A stretch of DNA of 64,000 nt from Christensenellales bacterium (GTDB taxonomy: Bacteria > Bacillota > Clostridia > Christensenellales > UBA1431), in NCBI GenBank assembly GCA_040772545.1, contig JAXGXY010000002.1:166521-230520 (forward strand). The letters are read 5' to 3'. Position 1 is the first letter of the stretch; each line of letters starts with the position of its first letter. The position numbers were made by a program, and so were the translations under genes. This document shows, in pieces, positions 9,363-19,284 of this stretch. Below the pieces are notes generated by a model that saw nothing but the letters and a program-made list of their open reading frames with translations, was not told where the DNA came from and searched no databases.

Positions 9363-10112
9363 TTGGAAGGTTTGCTTTGTGGCAAGGTCTGCCTGGTGAC
9401 CGGCGCGGGCCGGGGGATCGGCCGGGCGATCGCCGTGCGGTTCGCGAAGGAGGGCGCCGACGTCTACGCGAATATCCGGCTCGAAAGCGCTGTAAAAGGA
9501 TGGGTTGCGGGGCTGCCCGAGGACGTGCGCGGCGCCGTGACGCCCGTCTGCTTCGACGTCACCGATAAGGACGCGGTGAAAAACGCGGTCATGCGGATAC
9601 GGTCGGAAAAGGGCGGGATCGACGTCCTCGTCAACAACGCCGCCGTCGCCCATAACGAAAAGCTCGGAATGATTTCCCGGCAGCACGTCGAAGAAATGTT
9701 TGCGGTCAACGTCTTTGCCGTCATCGAACTCACCCAGATGGCCGCCCGCCTGATGATGCGCCAAAAGAACGGGAGCATCATCAACATCTCCTCGATCGTC
9801 GGCGTGAAGGGGGACAAGGGCCAGGCGGCCTATTCCGCTTCCAAGGGCGCCGTCGTCGCGTTCACGAAATCGGCGGCGAAGGAACTCGCGCCCTACGGCA
9901 TCCGCGTGAACTCGGTCGCGCCGGGGCTGACCGACACCGACATGTTCCGCAAAACGGACGAAAAGTTTTTAGAGGAACGCCTGAAAAACATCGGCATGCA
10001 GCGGGTGGGCAGGCCGGAGGACGTCGCCGACGCCTGTCTGTTCCTGGCCTCGGACCTGTCGGGATACGTGAGCGGCCAGATACTCGGTGTGGACGGCTGT
10101 TCCGTACTGTAG
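9363..10112 (+). CDS. FabG-like short-chain dehydrogenase (3-oxoacyl-ACP reductase)
   Basis: [22 protein letters not shown] and VDG motifs. Start is uncertain (GTG 9354 or TTG 9363). The longer 9294 start just translates the duplicated ACP 3' end. Confidence 0.85.
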   Translation: MEGLLCGKVCLVTGAGRGIGRAIAVRFAKEGADVYANIRLESAVKGWVAGLPEDVRGAVTPVCFDVTDKDAVKNAVMRIRSEKGGIDVLVNNAAVAHNEKLGMISRQHVEEMFAVNVFAVIELTQMAARLMMRQKNGSIINISSIVGVKGDKGQAAYSASKGAVVAFTKSAAKELAPYGIRVNSVAPGLTDTDMFRKTDEKFLEERLKNIGMQRVGRPEDVADACLFLASDLSGYVSGQILGVDGCSVL

Positions 10113-10129
10113 TCAAGGAGGCTGGAGAA

Positions 10130-11524
10130 TTGTTTCTGGACCTGGACAAAAAAGCGCCCAATGCCCCGGCTGTCGTGGACAACCTGGGGTTTTCGCTGAC
10201 ATACGGCGATCTCGTCGGGTTCGCGGACGGGTTTTGCGAAAAAGCGGGCGGGAGGACGCTCATTTTCATACTCTGCGAGAACTGCGCGGGTGCGCTGGCG
10301 GGCTACGCCGCATGCCTAAGCGGGAGGATCGTGCCGCTGATGCTGGGAAACGGCATGGACCGGCGGCTGCTTAAAGCGCTGATCGCCGAATACCGCCCCG
10401 CGTTTCTCTGGGTCCCCGAAAGCGCGGCGGAGGATTTCGGTTACCCGTGCGTGCTCGAAGGATTCGGGTACGCCCTGATAAAAACGCGGCTGGAGCCCGG
10501 CCCGCTCTACGACGGCCTTTCGTTGCTTCTAACGACATCGGGCAGCACCGGCAGCCCCAAGCTGGTCCGGCACAGCTACGAAAACGTGGAGTCCATCGCG
10601 CGCAGCGTCGCGGAGGTGTTCGGGATGGACGAAAACGAGCGGGGCATGGTCTCGCTCCCCCTGCAGTTCACGCAGGGGCTGAACGTCGCGTCCAGCCACC
10701 TCTATGGCGGTTCGGTCGCGCTGTTGTCCACCGACGCCCTGATGAAGAGGGAGTTCTGGGCTTTTTTCAAAGCGCAGCAGGCCACCAGCTTCACCGGCGT
10801 GCCCTACAGCTACGAAGTGCTGGACAGGCTCCGGTTCTTCAGGATGGACCTGCCGCACCTGAGGACGATCAACCAGGGCGGAGGCAGGCTTACGGACGCG
10901 CTGTTCATGAAGTGCGCAAAGTACGCGGCCGACACCGGTCGAAGGTTCGTGGCCACCTACGGCGCGACCGAGACGACGTCGCGCATGGCCTATCTGCCGC
11001 CGGAGCTCGCGCCGGAAAAATGCGGGAGCATCGGCGTCGCTATGCCCTGCGGGAGCATATCGCTGTTCGACGACGGCAGGGAGATCAGGGACGCGAACAA
11101 GACCGGCGAGATCGTCTACAAAGGGCCGAACGTGACGCTCGGGTATGCCGAGCGCTCCGCCGACCTCGCCCGGGGCGACGAACGCGGCGGCGTCTACGCG
11201 ACCGGCGACCTCGCGTGGCGGGACGAGGACGGCTGCCATTACATCGTCGGCCGGAAAAAACGCTTCCTCAAGCTCTACGGCTACCGCATTGGCCTCGACG
11301 AGACCGAGCTCCTGATAAAAAACGAGCTGGGCGTTTTATGCGCCTGCACCGGCAGCGACAAGAAAATGTCGATTTACGTCACCGAAAAAGGGATAGAGCG
11401 GGACGTCGCCCGCTTCGTCAGCGCGAAGACCGGCATCATCCCGGGGGCGTTCGAGGTCGTTTTTGTAGAGCAGATCCCCAAAAACGACGCGGGGAAGACG
11501 CTCTACGAAAAACTGGGCAAGTAA
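10130..11524 (+). CDS. AMP-binding adenylation enzyme (acyl-CoA/acyl-ACP ligase)
   Basis: TTSGSTGSPK, YGATE, TGDL, GRKKRFLK and PKNDAGK motifs. Confidence 0.85.
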   Translation: MFLDLDKKAPNAPAVVDNLGFSLTYGDLVGFADGFCEKAGGRTLIFILCENCAGALAGYAACLSGRIVPLMLGNGMDRRLLKALIAEYRPAFLWVPESAAEDFGYPCVLEGFGYALIKTRLEPGPLYDGLSLLLTTSGSTGSPKLVRHSYENVESIARSVAEVFGMDENERGMVSLPLQFTQGLNVASSHLYGGSVALLSTDALMKREFWAFFKAQQATSFTGVPYSYEVLDRLRFFRMDLPHLRTINQGGGRLTDALFMKCAKYAADTGRRFVATYGATETTSRMAYLPPELAPEKCGSIGVAMPCGSISLFDDGREIRDANKTGEIVYKGPNVTLGYAERSADLARGDERGGVYATGDLAWRDEDGCHYIVGRKKRFLKLYGYRIGLDETELLIKNELGVLCACTGSDKKMSIYVTEKGIERDVARFVSAKTGIIPGAFEVVFVEQIPKNDAGKTLYEKLGK

Positions 11525-11542
11525 ACTGATGGGAGGACCGGC

Positions 11543-12568
11543 ATGATAGGGATACGTTTCGCGCGCATGGACGACATCGAAAACATCGTCGCCTTCCTGC
11601 GGGAGCACTGGAGCGAAAACAACATCCTCGTCAAAAGCAGGCGCATATTCGATTTCCAGTACGTGGACGGCGAGAACTGCGGATTCGTCCTCGCGGCCGA
11701 CGACGAGACGGGCAGGATATACGGCCTGAAAGGGTTTTTCCCGTTCAACCACCAGCCGCGGCCGGACATCGCCGCGGCGCTGGCCATCGTGCTCCAGGGC
11801 GTAAGGCCGATGCTGGGCATGGAGATCCAGCGCTTCCTCGAGAAGAACACGAACTGCCGCTGGCTGTGTTCCACGGGACTGAATCCGGACACCTCCGTGA
11901 GGATATACAAACGGTTCAGGGGGTATACGGTCGACAGGCTGAAACATTACTACCGCCTCGCCGACCGGCCGGCCTACAGCGTGGCGGCGGTGCGGCAAAA
12001 GCGCATCAGGCCGGTCCCGGAAGGCGGCGGTTTCCTGCTTCCCGACACCCCCGAGGCGCTGTTTGCGGTCTTCGACCCGGCGGCCTATCGGGAGCAGAGG
12101 CCGTACAAGGATGAGGCGTACCTGACGCGCCGCTACTTCGAGCACCCCGTATACCGATACCGGATGCTGGGGATACGCTCGCAGGACTCAGAAGGCGCGG
12201 ACGGTGTGTACATCGCGCGCGAGGTCGAATGCAACGGCGCGAGGGTCCTGCGCATCGTCGACTACATCGGGGACCGGAGGGCCATCGCCAGGGCGGGGGG
12301 CGCGCTGGAACGCTATATGCGGGAGCGGGACGCGGAGTACGCCGACTTCTACTGTTACGGGTTCGACCACGAAGCGCTGGAGGCCGGGGGCTTCGTGCTG
12401 CGCGACGAAAACGACCCCAATGTCGTGCCCAACTATTTCGAGCCTTTCGAGCAGCGCAACATCGACATCCATTTCTTTTCGACCGGCGACGAAAACGCCG
12501 CGGTTTGCAGGGCCGACGGCGACCAGGACCGGCCCAGCATCCTGCCGGAGGGTTTTGCGGATGAATGA
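11543..12568 (+). CDS. Hypothetical protein, possibly GNAT-fold acyltransferase
   Basis: IRFARMDDIENIVAFL GNAT-like start; C-terminal PNYFEPF and DGDQDRP; GGGAGG RBS; in an operon with ACP and ligase. Confidence 0.5.
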   Translation: MIGIRFARMDDIENIVAFLREHWSENNILVKSRRIFDFQYVDGENCGFVLAADDETGRIYGLKGFFPFNHQPRPDIAAALAIVLQGVRPMLGMEIQRFLEKNTNCRWLCSTGLNPDTSVRIYKRFRGYTVDRLKHYYRLADRPAYSVAAVRQKRIRPVPEGGGFLLPDTPEALFAVFDPAAYREQRPYKDEAYLTRRYFEHPVYRYRMLGIRSQDSEGADGVYIAREVECNGARVLRIVDYIGDRRAIARAGGALERYMRERDAEYADFYCYGFDHEALEAGGFVLRDENDPNVVPNYFEPFEQRNIDIHFFSTGDENAAVCRADGDQDRPSILPEGFADE

Positions 12569-13514
12569 AGGCGTCACCATCGTCATGTACCATTATGTGC
12601 GCAGCCTGAGCGCTTCCCGTTATCCGGGCATCAAGGGGCTCGAACTCTCCCGGTTCAGGGAGCAGCTCGAGTTCTTCAAATCGGAGGGCGCGCGCTTCAT
12701 CGGCGCACAAGAGCTGCTCGGGGCGCTGGACGGCGGCTTAAAACTGCCCCCCAGGGCCGTGTTGCTGACGTTTGACGACGGGTACATCGACCATTACACG
12801 AACGTGTTCCCGATCCTCAGGCTCGAGGGCATACCCGCCTTTTTCTCCATGCCGGGCAGGATACTGGCCGAACGCCGGGTGCTGGACGTGAACAAGATCC
12901 ATTTCGTCCTCGCGAGCCTGCCCGTCGGGGAACTGCTGCCCATGGTGATGGAAAGGCTGGACCATTACCGCGGCAAAGAGTTTGAGATACCGCCCAATGG
13001 GGTACTCTACCGGAAGCTGGCGGCAGAGAGCAGGTTCGATCCGCCCGAGGTCATATTCATCAAGCGCCTGCTGCAGGCGGAGCTGGAGGAAACCCTGCGC
13101 AACCGCATCGTGGACGAGCTGTTCAGGGCGTGCGTCCCGCTCCCGGAAGAGGCGTTCGCAAAGGAACTGTACATGAGCTACGACCAGGTGCGCCTGATGC
13201 GGCAAGAAGGCATGGACTTCGGCATACACGGCTACGACCATTACTGGATGAACAGGCTAACCCCCCAGGCGCTGGACAGGGACGTCGCGTTGGCGCTGGA
13301 GGTTTTCGGCGGGATTGTCGACCCCAAGAGATGGATCTGCTGTTATCCCTACGGTTCGTGCAGCGACGACGTGATACGCCTGATACGCAAGAGGGGGGCC
13401 GCGGCCGGCGTGACCACCGAGGCGGACAGGGCGCTTCCTTGCGTCCATGACCGTTTCCGCCTGCCGCGTTACGACACGAACGACTTCCCGCCCAAAACGG
13501 CGAGGCCGTTATAG
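12561..13514 (+). CDS. Polysaccharide deacetylase family protein
   Basis: ATG at 12561; MYHYV, LTFDDGY, GIHGYDH, CYPYG and LPR motifs. Confidence 0.85.
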   Translation: MNEGVTIVMYHYVRSLSASRYPGIKGLELSRFREQLEFFKSEGARFIGAQELLGALDGGLKLPPRAVLLTFDDGYIDHYTNVFPILRLEGIPAFFSMPGRILAERRVLDVNKIHFVLASLPVGELLPMVMERLDHYRGKEFEIPPNGVLYRKLAAESRFDPPEVIFIKRLLQAELEETLRNRIVDELFRACVPLPEEAFAKELYMSYDQVRLMRQEGMDFGIHGYDHYWMNRLTPQALDRDVALALEVFGGIVDPKRWICCYPYGSCSDDVIRLIRKRGAAAGVTTEADRALPCVHDRFRLPRYDTNDFPPKTARPL

Positions 13515-13644
13515 AGCGCCTCCCCGGGAAGCGTCCCTCTTTTCCCGGCATCAAAGCAGTTTAGCGAAAAAATACTGTTTGCGTTCGGTTATTTGATATA
13601 TAATCTATGTTATCGGATAAAACGGGAAGGCGTGCAATAATCCT

Positions 13645-14799
13645 ATGCTGCGAGTTATGCCCGTGTTCGGCACACGGCCGGAAGCTATAAAGATGATGCC
13701 GCTGGTAAAGGCGCTGAGGGACGCGCCAGGGGTGGAATGCACCGTCTGCGTAACGGCGCAGCACCGGGAGATGCTCGATCAGGTCCTCAGCCGGTTCGGT
13801 ACGGTGCCGCAGTATGACCTGAACATCATGGAAGACGCGCAGACGCTCGAGTCCCTTACTTCGCGGGTCGTTTCCGGCGTAAGCGGGGTGCTTAAAAGCG
13901 CCCGCCCCGACCTCGTGCTGGTGCACGGGGACACGACCACGACGTTCGCTTCCGCGCTCGCCGCGTTTTATCAGAAGATCCCCGTGGGGCACGTCGAGGC
14001 GGGGCTGAGGTCGTTTAACAGGTACTCGCCCTTCCCCGAGGAGACCAACAGGCGCCTGACGGCCGCCATCGCCGAGCTGCACTTTGCCCCGACGGCGGCC
14101 AACAGGGAAAACCTGCGCAAAGAAAACATCGTGGACAACGTTTACGTCACGGGCAACACGGTGATCGACGCGCTGCAGCAGACGGTCGAAAAGGATTACA
14201 GGTTCAGGGACGCGACGCTTGGCGCCCTGTTCAACGGCCAAAGGCGGCGTGGCAGGCTGATACTGCTCACCGCGCACCGGCGGGAGAACCTGGGGGGGCC
14301 CCTCGAGAGCATCTGCCAGGCCGTGCGGCGCATCGTCCTTGACAACGGGGATGTCGAAGTGGTGTTCCCGGTGCATCCCAACAGGGACGTCCGAAAGGCC
14401 GTGCAAGCCGCCTTCGACGGCCTGGAGAGGGTGTACCTGACGGAACCCGTCGACGTGTGGGACATGCACAACCTCATGGACGCCTGTTACATGGTCATGA
14501 CCGATTCGGGCGGGCTTCAGGAGGAAGCCCCCGCCCTGGGCAAGCCCGTGATCGTCCTTCGGAGGGAGACGGAGCGCCCCGAAATCTGCGACGCCGGGAA
14601 GGCTGTGCTTGCCGGGACGGACGAGGAGGATATTTGCGCCCACGCCCACAGGCTGCTGCACGACCAAAACGCCTACCGGGCCATGCAAAAGGCGGCCAAC
14701 CCGTACGGGGACGGGAAAGCGGCGCCGCGCATCGTTCAGGCCATACTGTACTGGGCGGGGCTGTCGGCCGAAAAGCCCTCGGAATTCATGCCCCGTTGA
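13645..14799 (+). CDS. wecB: Non-hydrolysing UDP-GlcNAc 2-epimerase
   Basis: FGTRPEAIK, HGDTTT, HVEAGLRS, HRREN, TDSGGLQEE and NPYGDG motifs. Confidence 0.92.
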   Translation: MLRVMPVFGTRPEAIKMMPLVKALRDAPGVECTVCVTAQHREMLDQVLSRFGTVPQYDLNIMEDAQTLESLTSRVVSGVSGVLKSARPDLVLVHGDTTTTFASALAAFYQKIPVGHVEAGLRSFNRYSPFPEETNRRLTAAIAELHFAPTAANRENLRKENIVDNVYVTGNTVIDALQQTVEKDYRFRDATLGALFNGQRRRGRLILLTAHRRENLGGPLESICQAVRRIVLDNGDVEVVFPVHPNRDVRKAVQAAFDGLERVYLTEPVDVWDMHNLMDACYMVMTDSGGLQEEAPALGKPVIVLRRETERPEICDAGKAVLAGTDEEDICAHAHRLLHDQNAYRAMQKAANPYGDGKAAPRIVQAILYWAGLSAEKPSEFMPR

Positions 14800-14831
14800 A
14801 GATCCGGCCGGCGGATACGGAAGAGATTGGT

Positions 14832-15548
14832 ATGAAGAAAGAGAATATCCTGGGAATCGACGTCTGCGTCACCCCGAAGGACGAGCTGATCGAACGCGTC
14901 AAAGCGGACATCAGAAACGCCCGCCAGAGGTTTATCGTCGCCATCAATCCCGAGAAGATCGTAAAAGCCAGGAGCGACAAAGACCTAATGGACGTGCTCA
15001 ACAGCGCCGATTACCAAATACCCGACGGGGTGGGGCTCGTGATCGCGTCCCGCCTCAGGGGAGGCCGGATCAGGCAGAGGATAACCGGGATCGACACGAT
15101 GGAAACGCTCTGCGCCGAGGCGTCGAAATGCGGGTTTCGCGTGTTTCTCTACGGCGCCAGGCCCGAAGTCGTACAGAAGGCCAAGGCCGTCCTCGAGGAA
15201 AGATACCCCGGCATATCGATCGTGGGCTTCGTGGACGGCTACTGCGAAAACAACGATCGTGTCGTGGAGGAGATAAACGCCTCGGGCGCGGACATCGTGT
15301 TCGTGGCGCTGGGCTCGCCCAAACAGGAATTCTGGATAGCCGGGAACAGGAAAGCCCTGAACGCGCGCGTGCTCCAGGGAGTGGGCGGGTCGTTCGACGT
15401 GATCTGCGGGCGCGTGAAAAGGGCCCCCGCTATCATGCGCAGATGCGGGCTGGAATGGCTCTACCGGCTGGTCAGAGAGCCCAAACGGCTGTTCAGGCAG
15501 TTGAATATCGTCAAGTTTTTATTCATAATAGGACGGAAAAACAAATGA
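14832..15548 (+). CDS. WecG/TagA/CpsF-family glycosyltransferase
   Basis: ATG at 14832; INPEK, PDGVG, GSPKQE, GVGGSFDV, RAP and GLEWLYRL motifs. Confidence 0.9.
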   Translation: MKKENILGIDVCVTPKDELIERVKADIRNARQRFIVAINPEKIVKARSDKDLMDVLNSADYQIPDGVGLVIASRLRGGRIRQRITGIDTMETLCAEASKCGFRVFLYGARPEVVQKAKAVLEERYPGISIVGFVDGYCENNDRVVEEINASGADIVFVALGSPKQEFWIAGNRKALNARVLQGVGGSFDVICGRVKRAPAIMRRCGLEWLYRLVREPKRLFRQLNIVKFLFIIGRKNK

Positions 15549-16843
15549 AGATTGAAGTGATCGGTCTGGGCTATGTCGGGTTGTCGACCGCGGCGGTATT
15601 CGCCGACAGCGGTTTCGACGTGATCGGCGTGGACCGGAACGCGGGCGTCGTGGAAACCATCAACGCGGGCGCCGTGCATATCGTGGAACCCGACCTCGAG
15701 CACATCGTCCAAAAGGCCGTCAGGGAGAAGAAACTGATCGCCAAGACCTTGCCCTCGGAGGCGGATGCCTTCGTCATCGCGGTGCCTACGCCCAACTCCG
15801 ACGACGTATACATGAGCTGCGACCTCACGCACGTGCTTACGGCGACCGAGGCGATACTGCCGCACCTTCGCAAAGGCAACCTCGTCGTCATCGAGTCGAC
15901 CATAGCGCCAAGGACGGTCGAGGACCGCATAAAGCCCGTCATCGAGCGGAATGGCTTTACGGCGGGAAAGGACGTTTTCATCGCCCACTGCCCCGAAAGG
16001 GCGTTCCCCGGCCAGATACTGCACGAGCTGGTCTACAACAACCGCGTGATCGGCGGGGTCACGCCCGCCTGCGCCGACAAGGCGGCCGAGCTGTACGGCG
16101 CGTTCGTAAAAGGCGAGATCATCAAGACCGACTCGAAGACGGCCGAGATGTGCAAACTGATGGAAAACACCTTCAGGGACGTGAACATCGCCCTTTCAAA
16201 CGAACTGGCCAAAATCTGCTGCAAGCTGGGCATCGACGTGCTGGACGTGATCAGGCTCGCCAACAAGCATCCGCGCGTGAACATACACACGCCCGGCCCG
16301 GGCGTCGGCGGGCACTGCCTGGCGGTGGACCCCTACTTCATCTACGCCACCGTTCCCGATACCGCAAAGATGATAAAACTCGCGCGCGACGTCAACGAGA
16401 GCATGCCGGATTTCGTCGTGGAAAGCACGCAGAGGGTCCTTTGCAAGGACAGGTCGCGGCCCATCGCCGTGTTCGGCGCCGCCTACAAGCCCGACGTCGA
16501 CGACACGAGGGAATCGCCCGCGCTCAAGATCATAGAAAAACTCAACACCCTCGGTTACGAGACCCGCGTGCACGACCCCTACGTGCTTAACGAGGCGTAC
16601 GTATCCGCCGAAGACGCGCTCAGAGGCGCCGGCCTCCTGCTGTGCCTGGTGGGGCACAGCGATTTCAGGCGGCTGGACGGAGGCATGCTCAGGGAGCTGA
16701 TGGCCCGGCCGCTGGTTTTCGACGTGACCGGCACGCTCGCCCTGGAAGGCGTCGAGATCGTCAATTACGGGAACCTGCACCGCTATGTAAAAGGCAAAAA
16801 AGGCGCGCAAGCCGGACTGGTCAGGACGCGGTCCCGCACCTGA
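15545..16843 (+). CDS. wecC: Nucleotide-sugar dehydrogenase (UDP-ManNAc dehydrogenase, WecC-like)
   Basis: ATG at 15545; GLGYVG, AVPTP, EST, CPER, KLMENTFRDVNIA, GVGGHC and RESP motifs. Confidence 0.85.
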   Translation: MKIEVIGLGYVGLSTAAVFADSGFDVIGVDRNAGVVETINAGAVHIVEPDLEHIVQKAVREKKLIAKTLPSEADAFVIAVPTPNSDDVYMSCDLTHVLTATEAILPHLRKGNLVVIESTIAPRTVEDRIKPVIERNGFTAGKDVFIAHCPERAFPGQILHELVYNNRVIGGVTPACADKAAELYGAFVKGEIIKTDSKTAEMCKLMENTFRDVNIALSNELAKICCKLGIDVLDVIRLANKHPRVNIHTPGPGVGGHCLAVDPYFIYATVPDTAKMIKLARDVNESMPDFVVESTQRVLCKDRSRPIAVFGAAYKPDVDDTRESPALKIIEKLNTLGYETRVHDPYVLNEAYVSAEDALRGAGLLLCLVGHSDFRRLDGGMLRELMARPLVFDVTGTLALEGVEIVNYGNLHRYVKGKKGAQAGLVRTRSRT

Positions 16844-16908
16844 ACCGGCAGGGCTTTTCGCCGGGCAGGAGGCCATGAGGCCTTCCGTTTCCTGCACGAG
16901 CGACGAAT

Positions 16909-16937
16909 TTGACAATGAGGCTTATTGCCCATATAAT
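16909..16937 (+). promoter_or_regulatory. Perfect consensus sigma-A promoter of the erm cassette
   Basis: TTGACA (16909-16914), 17 nt spacer, TATAAT (16932-16937). Confidence 0.9.
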
Positions 16938-16972
16938 AAAAACGATCTAAATATGGAGGATTGAATAGACCC

Positions 16973-17002
16973 GTGTGTGCTTCGATTCGGATGCGTAAAT
17001 AA
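16973..17002 (+). CDS. Putative erm leader peptide MCASIRMRK
   Basis: GGAGG at 16955-16959; GTG...TAA (in-frame TTG at 16961 also possible); R-x-R motif as in ErmDL (MTHSMRLR) and MsrA-type (MTASMRLK) leaders. Confidence 0.7.
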   Translation: MCASIRMRK

Positions 17003-17063
17003 GGTGCACTGAACATCAGGAAGCAAAATATGAACTGCTTCTGACGTTTTGGTGCATCTTTTT
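17001..17063 (+). terminator. Attenuator hairpin with T-tract in the erm leader
   Basis: AAGGTGCAC/GTGCATCTT and TCAGGAAGCA/TGCTTCTGA stems followed by TTTTT. Confidence 0.65.
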
Positions 17064-17097
17064 CGTCCCGTATCGAACCGAAAGAGGTGTATTTTTT

Positions 17098-17889
17098 GTG
17101 TCCAGAAAAAGAAACCGGGGGAAAAGACCGCCCGTTTGGGTGTCCCAGAATTTCCTGACCAGCCATAAAACCATCAGGAGAGTGATTCGTAAAACCAGCA
17201 TAGCCGCAGACGATCATGTGATCGAAATAGGGCCGGGCAAGGGCCATACTACCGCCCTGCTCCTTCAACGCTGCCTGAAGGTGACCGCCGTTGAGCTCGA
17301 CGAAAAGCTGTATAAAGGGCTACTCGAAAAGTTCGGCGAAGCTGACAACCTGAAACTCTGCCATGCGGACTTCCTGCAATGGAGTCTTCCCGCTTCGGGC
17401 AGTTACAAGGTCTATGCAAACATTCCCTTTTGCCATACCACCGGCATCCTGCGTAAGTTGACGGAAAGCAAAAACCCGCCCGACGAAGCCTGGCTGACGT
17501 TGGAAAGAGGCGCGGCCAGGCGCTTCATGGGAAGGCCGCACGAAAACCTGCGGTCGCTCATGCTAAAGCCGGTGTTTGATGCTGACATCGTATACCATTT
17601 CCGGCGGGAGGATTTTCATCCCAAGCCGGGTGTGGACGTCGTAATGGTCCATTTTAAGAAAAAGGCGAAGCCGGAAGTGCCGCCGGACCAATGGAATGCT
17701 TATGAGCGTTTCGTTTCATATGGTTTGCGCAGCAACTGCAGAGGGCTGAGGCGCCTGTTTACCGAGAAACAGTTATACCGGGCGATTCGGGACGCAGGCG
17801 TTCACGGTTTTTCTTCCGGCGAGATGATCTATGTGCAATGGCTTTGCCTTTTCCGATGCTACTGGGAACATGTGCTGCACAAACATTAG
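17098..17889 (+). CDS. erm: Erm-family 23S rRNA adenine N6-methyltransferase, Erm(Q)-like
   Basis: VSQNFL, VIEIGPGKGH, ELD, ANIPF, ERGAARRFMG and REDFHPKPGVD motifs; regulated leader upstream. Confidence 0.8.
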   Translation: MSRKRNRGKRPPVWVSQNFLTSHKTIRRVIRKTSIAADDHVIEIGPGKGHTTALLLQRCLKVTAVELDEKLYKGLLEKFGEADNLKLCHADFLQWSLPASGSYKVYANIPFCHTTGILRKLTESKNPPDEAWLTLERGAARRFMGRPHENLRSLMLKPVFDADIVYHFRREDFHPKPGVDVVMVHFKKKAKPEVPPDQWNAYERFVSYGLRSNCRGLRRLFTEKQLYRAIRDAGVHGFSSGEMIYVQWLCLFRCYWEHVLHKH

Positions 17890-18056
17890 GCTGCGCATAA
17901 GTACCCATTGAATCTTACGGGCAATGGCCAGCCCAGACCCCCCTTTACCGGGCCGCCGCGAAAGCCTTTTTCTGCATCCGCGTGCCCGGATACTTGTTTT
18001 AACAGGGATAATCTGATTAAATGAAGCTGACTTATTAATTCAGGAGTGATGCGTCG

Positions 18057-19277
18057 ATGCCGATTTCCGGTTCTATACGAAAAGCATATGTCGAATACGT
18101 GAGGGAACTGGTTCGCCGGCCGTCGCTCACCGGCGAAGAAGGGGAACTGGCCGATTTCGTGCTGGCTTCGCTTAAACGGCTGGGGGTGGAGGCGTACAGG
18201 GACGCCGCCGGCAACGTAGTGGGGGAGGTGCGCTGCGGCGAGGGTCCCACCGTCTTATTGAACGGCCACCTCGACGTCGTCCCGGCGGGCAGCCAAAAAG
18301 CCTGGGAGCCTTATACGCCTTTCGGCGGCGACGTGGACGGCGACCGCATCGTCGGCCGCGGTGTGGCGGACCTCAAAGCCGGGCTGGCGGCGCAGTTTTT
18401 CACGCTCAAACACTTCAGGGAAGCGCTGGATCACGGCAAAAGATTCGGTGGGACGCTGTTGTTCGCGGCCGTCGTGCACGAGGAGGCGGCGGAGATGCTG
18501 GGCACGCAGGTGTTGATCGAGCAGACGTTGCCCGCTCGCGGCCAAAGCGTCGACCTGTGCATCCTCTGCGAGCCGAGTTCGGGCAGGATCGCGCTGGGGC
18601 ACCGGGGCAAGGTGGAGCTGGTCGTCACGACGCACGGCAGGACGGCGCACTCGAGCCAGCCCCAACAGGGGATCAACGCGCTTGAAAAGATGCTCCCCGT
18701 CATGCAATACGTTTTCGACGAAATGCCCGAAAAGCTTAAGAGCCATCCCGTGCTCGGCGAAAGCTCGGTCACGATCACGGACTGCGTGGTACGGCCGGGC
18801 GCGCAGAGCATCGTCCCCGACTCGTGCGAGATCTCGGTCGACCGCCGCTATATGCCGGGCGAGGACATCCCGGGGCTGGCCGCGGAGTTCGAGGCGCTGT
18901 TTGACCGGCTGGCGGCGGAAGACCCCGGGTTTTCGGCCGAGGTGCGGCCGCGCTCCTACGTCGAACGCACGTATACGGGCTACACGCAGGAGGTGAACAA
19001 GTACCATCCCGCCTGGACGACCGACAGGGAACTGCCCATCGTCAAGAAGGCGCTCGATGCGCTGCCCTCGGTGGGACAGGAAGCGGACTGCTTTTACTGG
19101 AAGTTCGGCACCGACGGCAGCATGACCGCCGGCCTGCACAACATCCCGACGATCGGGTACTCGCACGCCGAGGAGAAATGGGCGCACCAGCCGAAAGAAC
19201 AGGTTTCGATCACCGAAATGTGCAAGACCATCGAAGGCACGATCGCGATGTGCGCCGCGGTACTGGGCCTGGAGTGA
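18057..19277 (+). CDS. M20-family metallo-hydrolase (ArgE/DapE/YgeY-like)
   Basis: NGHLDVV, GRGVADLK, HEE, EPS, GHRG, HSS, FGTDG and AHQ motifs. Confidence 0.85.
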   Translation: MPISGSIRKAYVEYVRELVRRPSLTGEEGELADFVLASLKRLGVEAYRDAAGNVVGEVRCGEGPTVLLNGHLDVVPAGSQKAWEPYTPFGGDVDGDRIVGRGVADLKAGLAAQFFTLKHFREALDHGKRFGGTLLFAAVVHEEAAEMLGTQVLIEQTLPARGQSVDLCILCEPSSGRIALGHRGKVELVVTTHGRTAHSSQPQQGINALEKMLPVMQYVFDEMPEKLKSHPVLGESSVTITDCVVRPGAQSIVPDSCEISVDRRYMPGEDIPGLAAEFEALFDRLAAEDPGFSAEVRPRSYVERTYTGYTQEVNKYHPAWTTDRELPIVKKALDALPSVGQEADCFYWKFGTDGSMTAGLHNIPTIGYSHAEEKWAHQPKEQVSITEMCKTIEGTIAMCAAVLGLE

Positions 19278-19284
19278 CCGTGCC

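Noticed and set aside
13561..13644. Promoter for wecB
   Set aside because: TATAAT is present at 13599-13604 but no properly spaced -35 was found, so it is not listed as a feature.
14457..15544. Long N-terminal extensions of the tagA-like (14457) and wecC (14609) ORFs, likewise 6779 and 12204
   Set aside because: The extensions overlap upstream genes. True starts at 14832, 15545, 6881 and 12561 fit the family N-termini.
17098..17889. KsgA/RsmA housekeeping dimethylase
   Set aside because: Erm(Q)-like motifs, a leader peptide/attenuator and the non-core context favour Erm.
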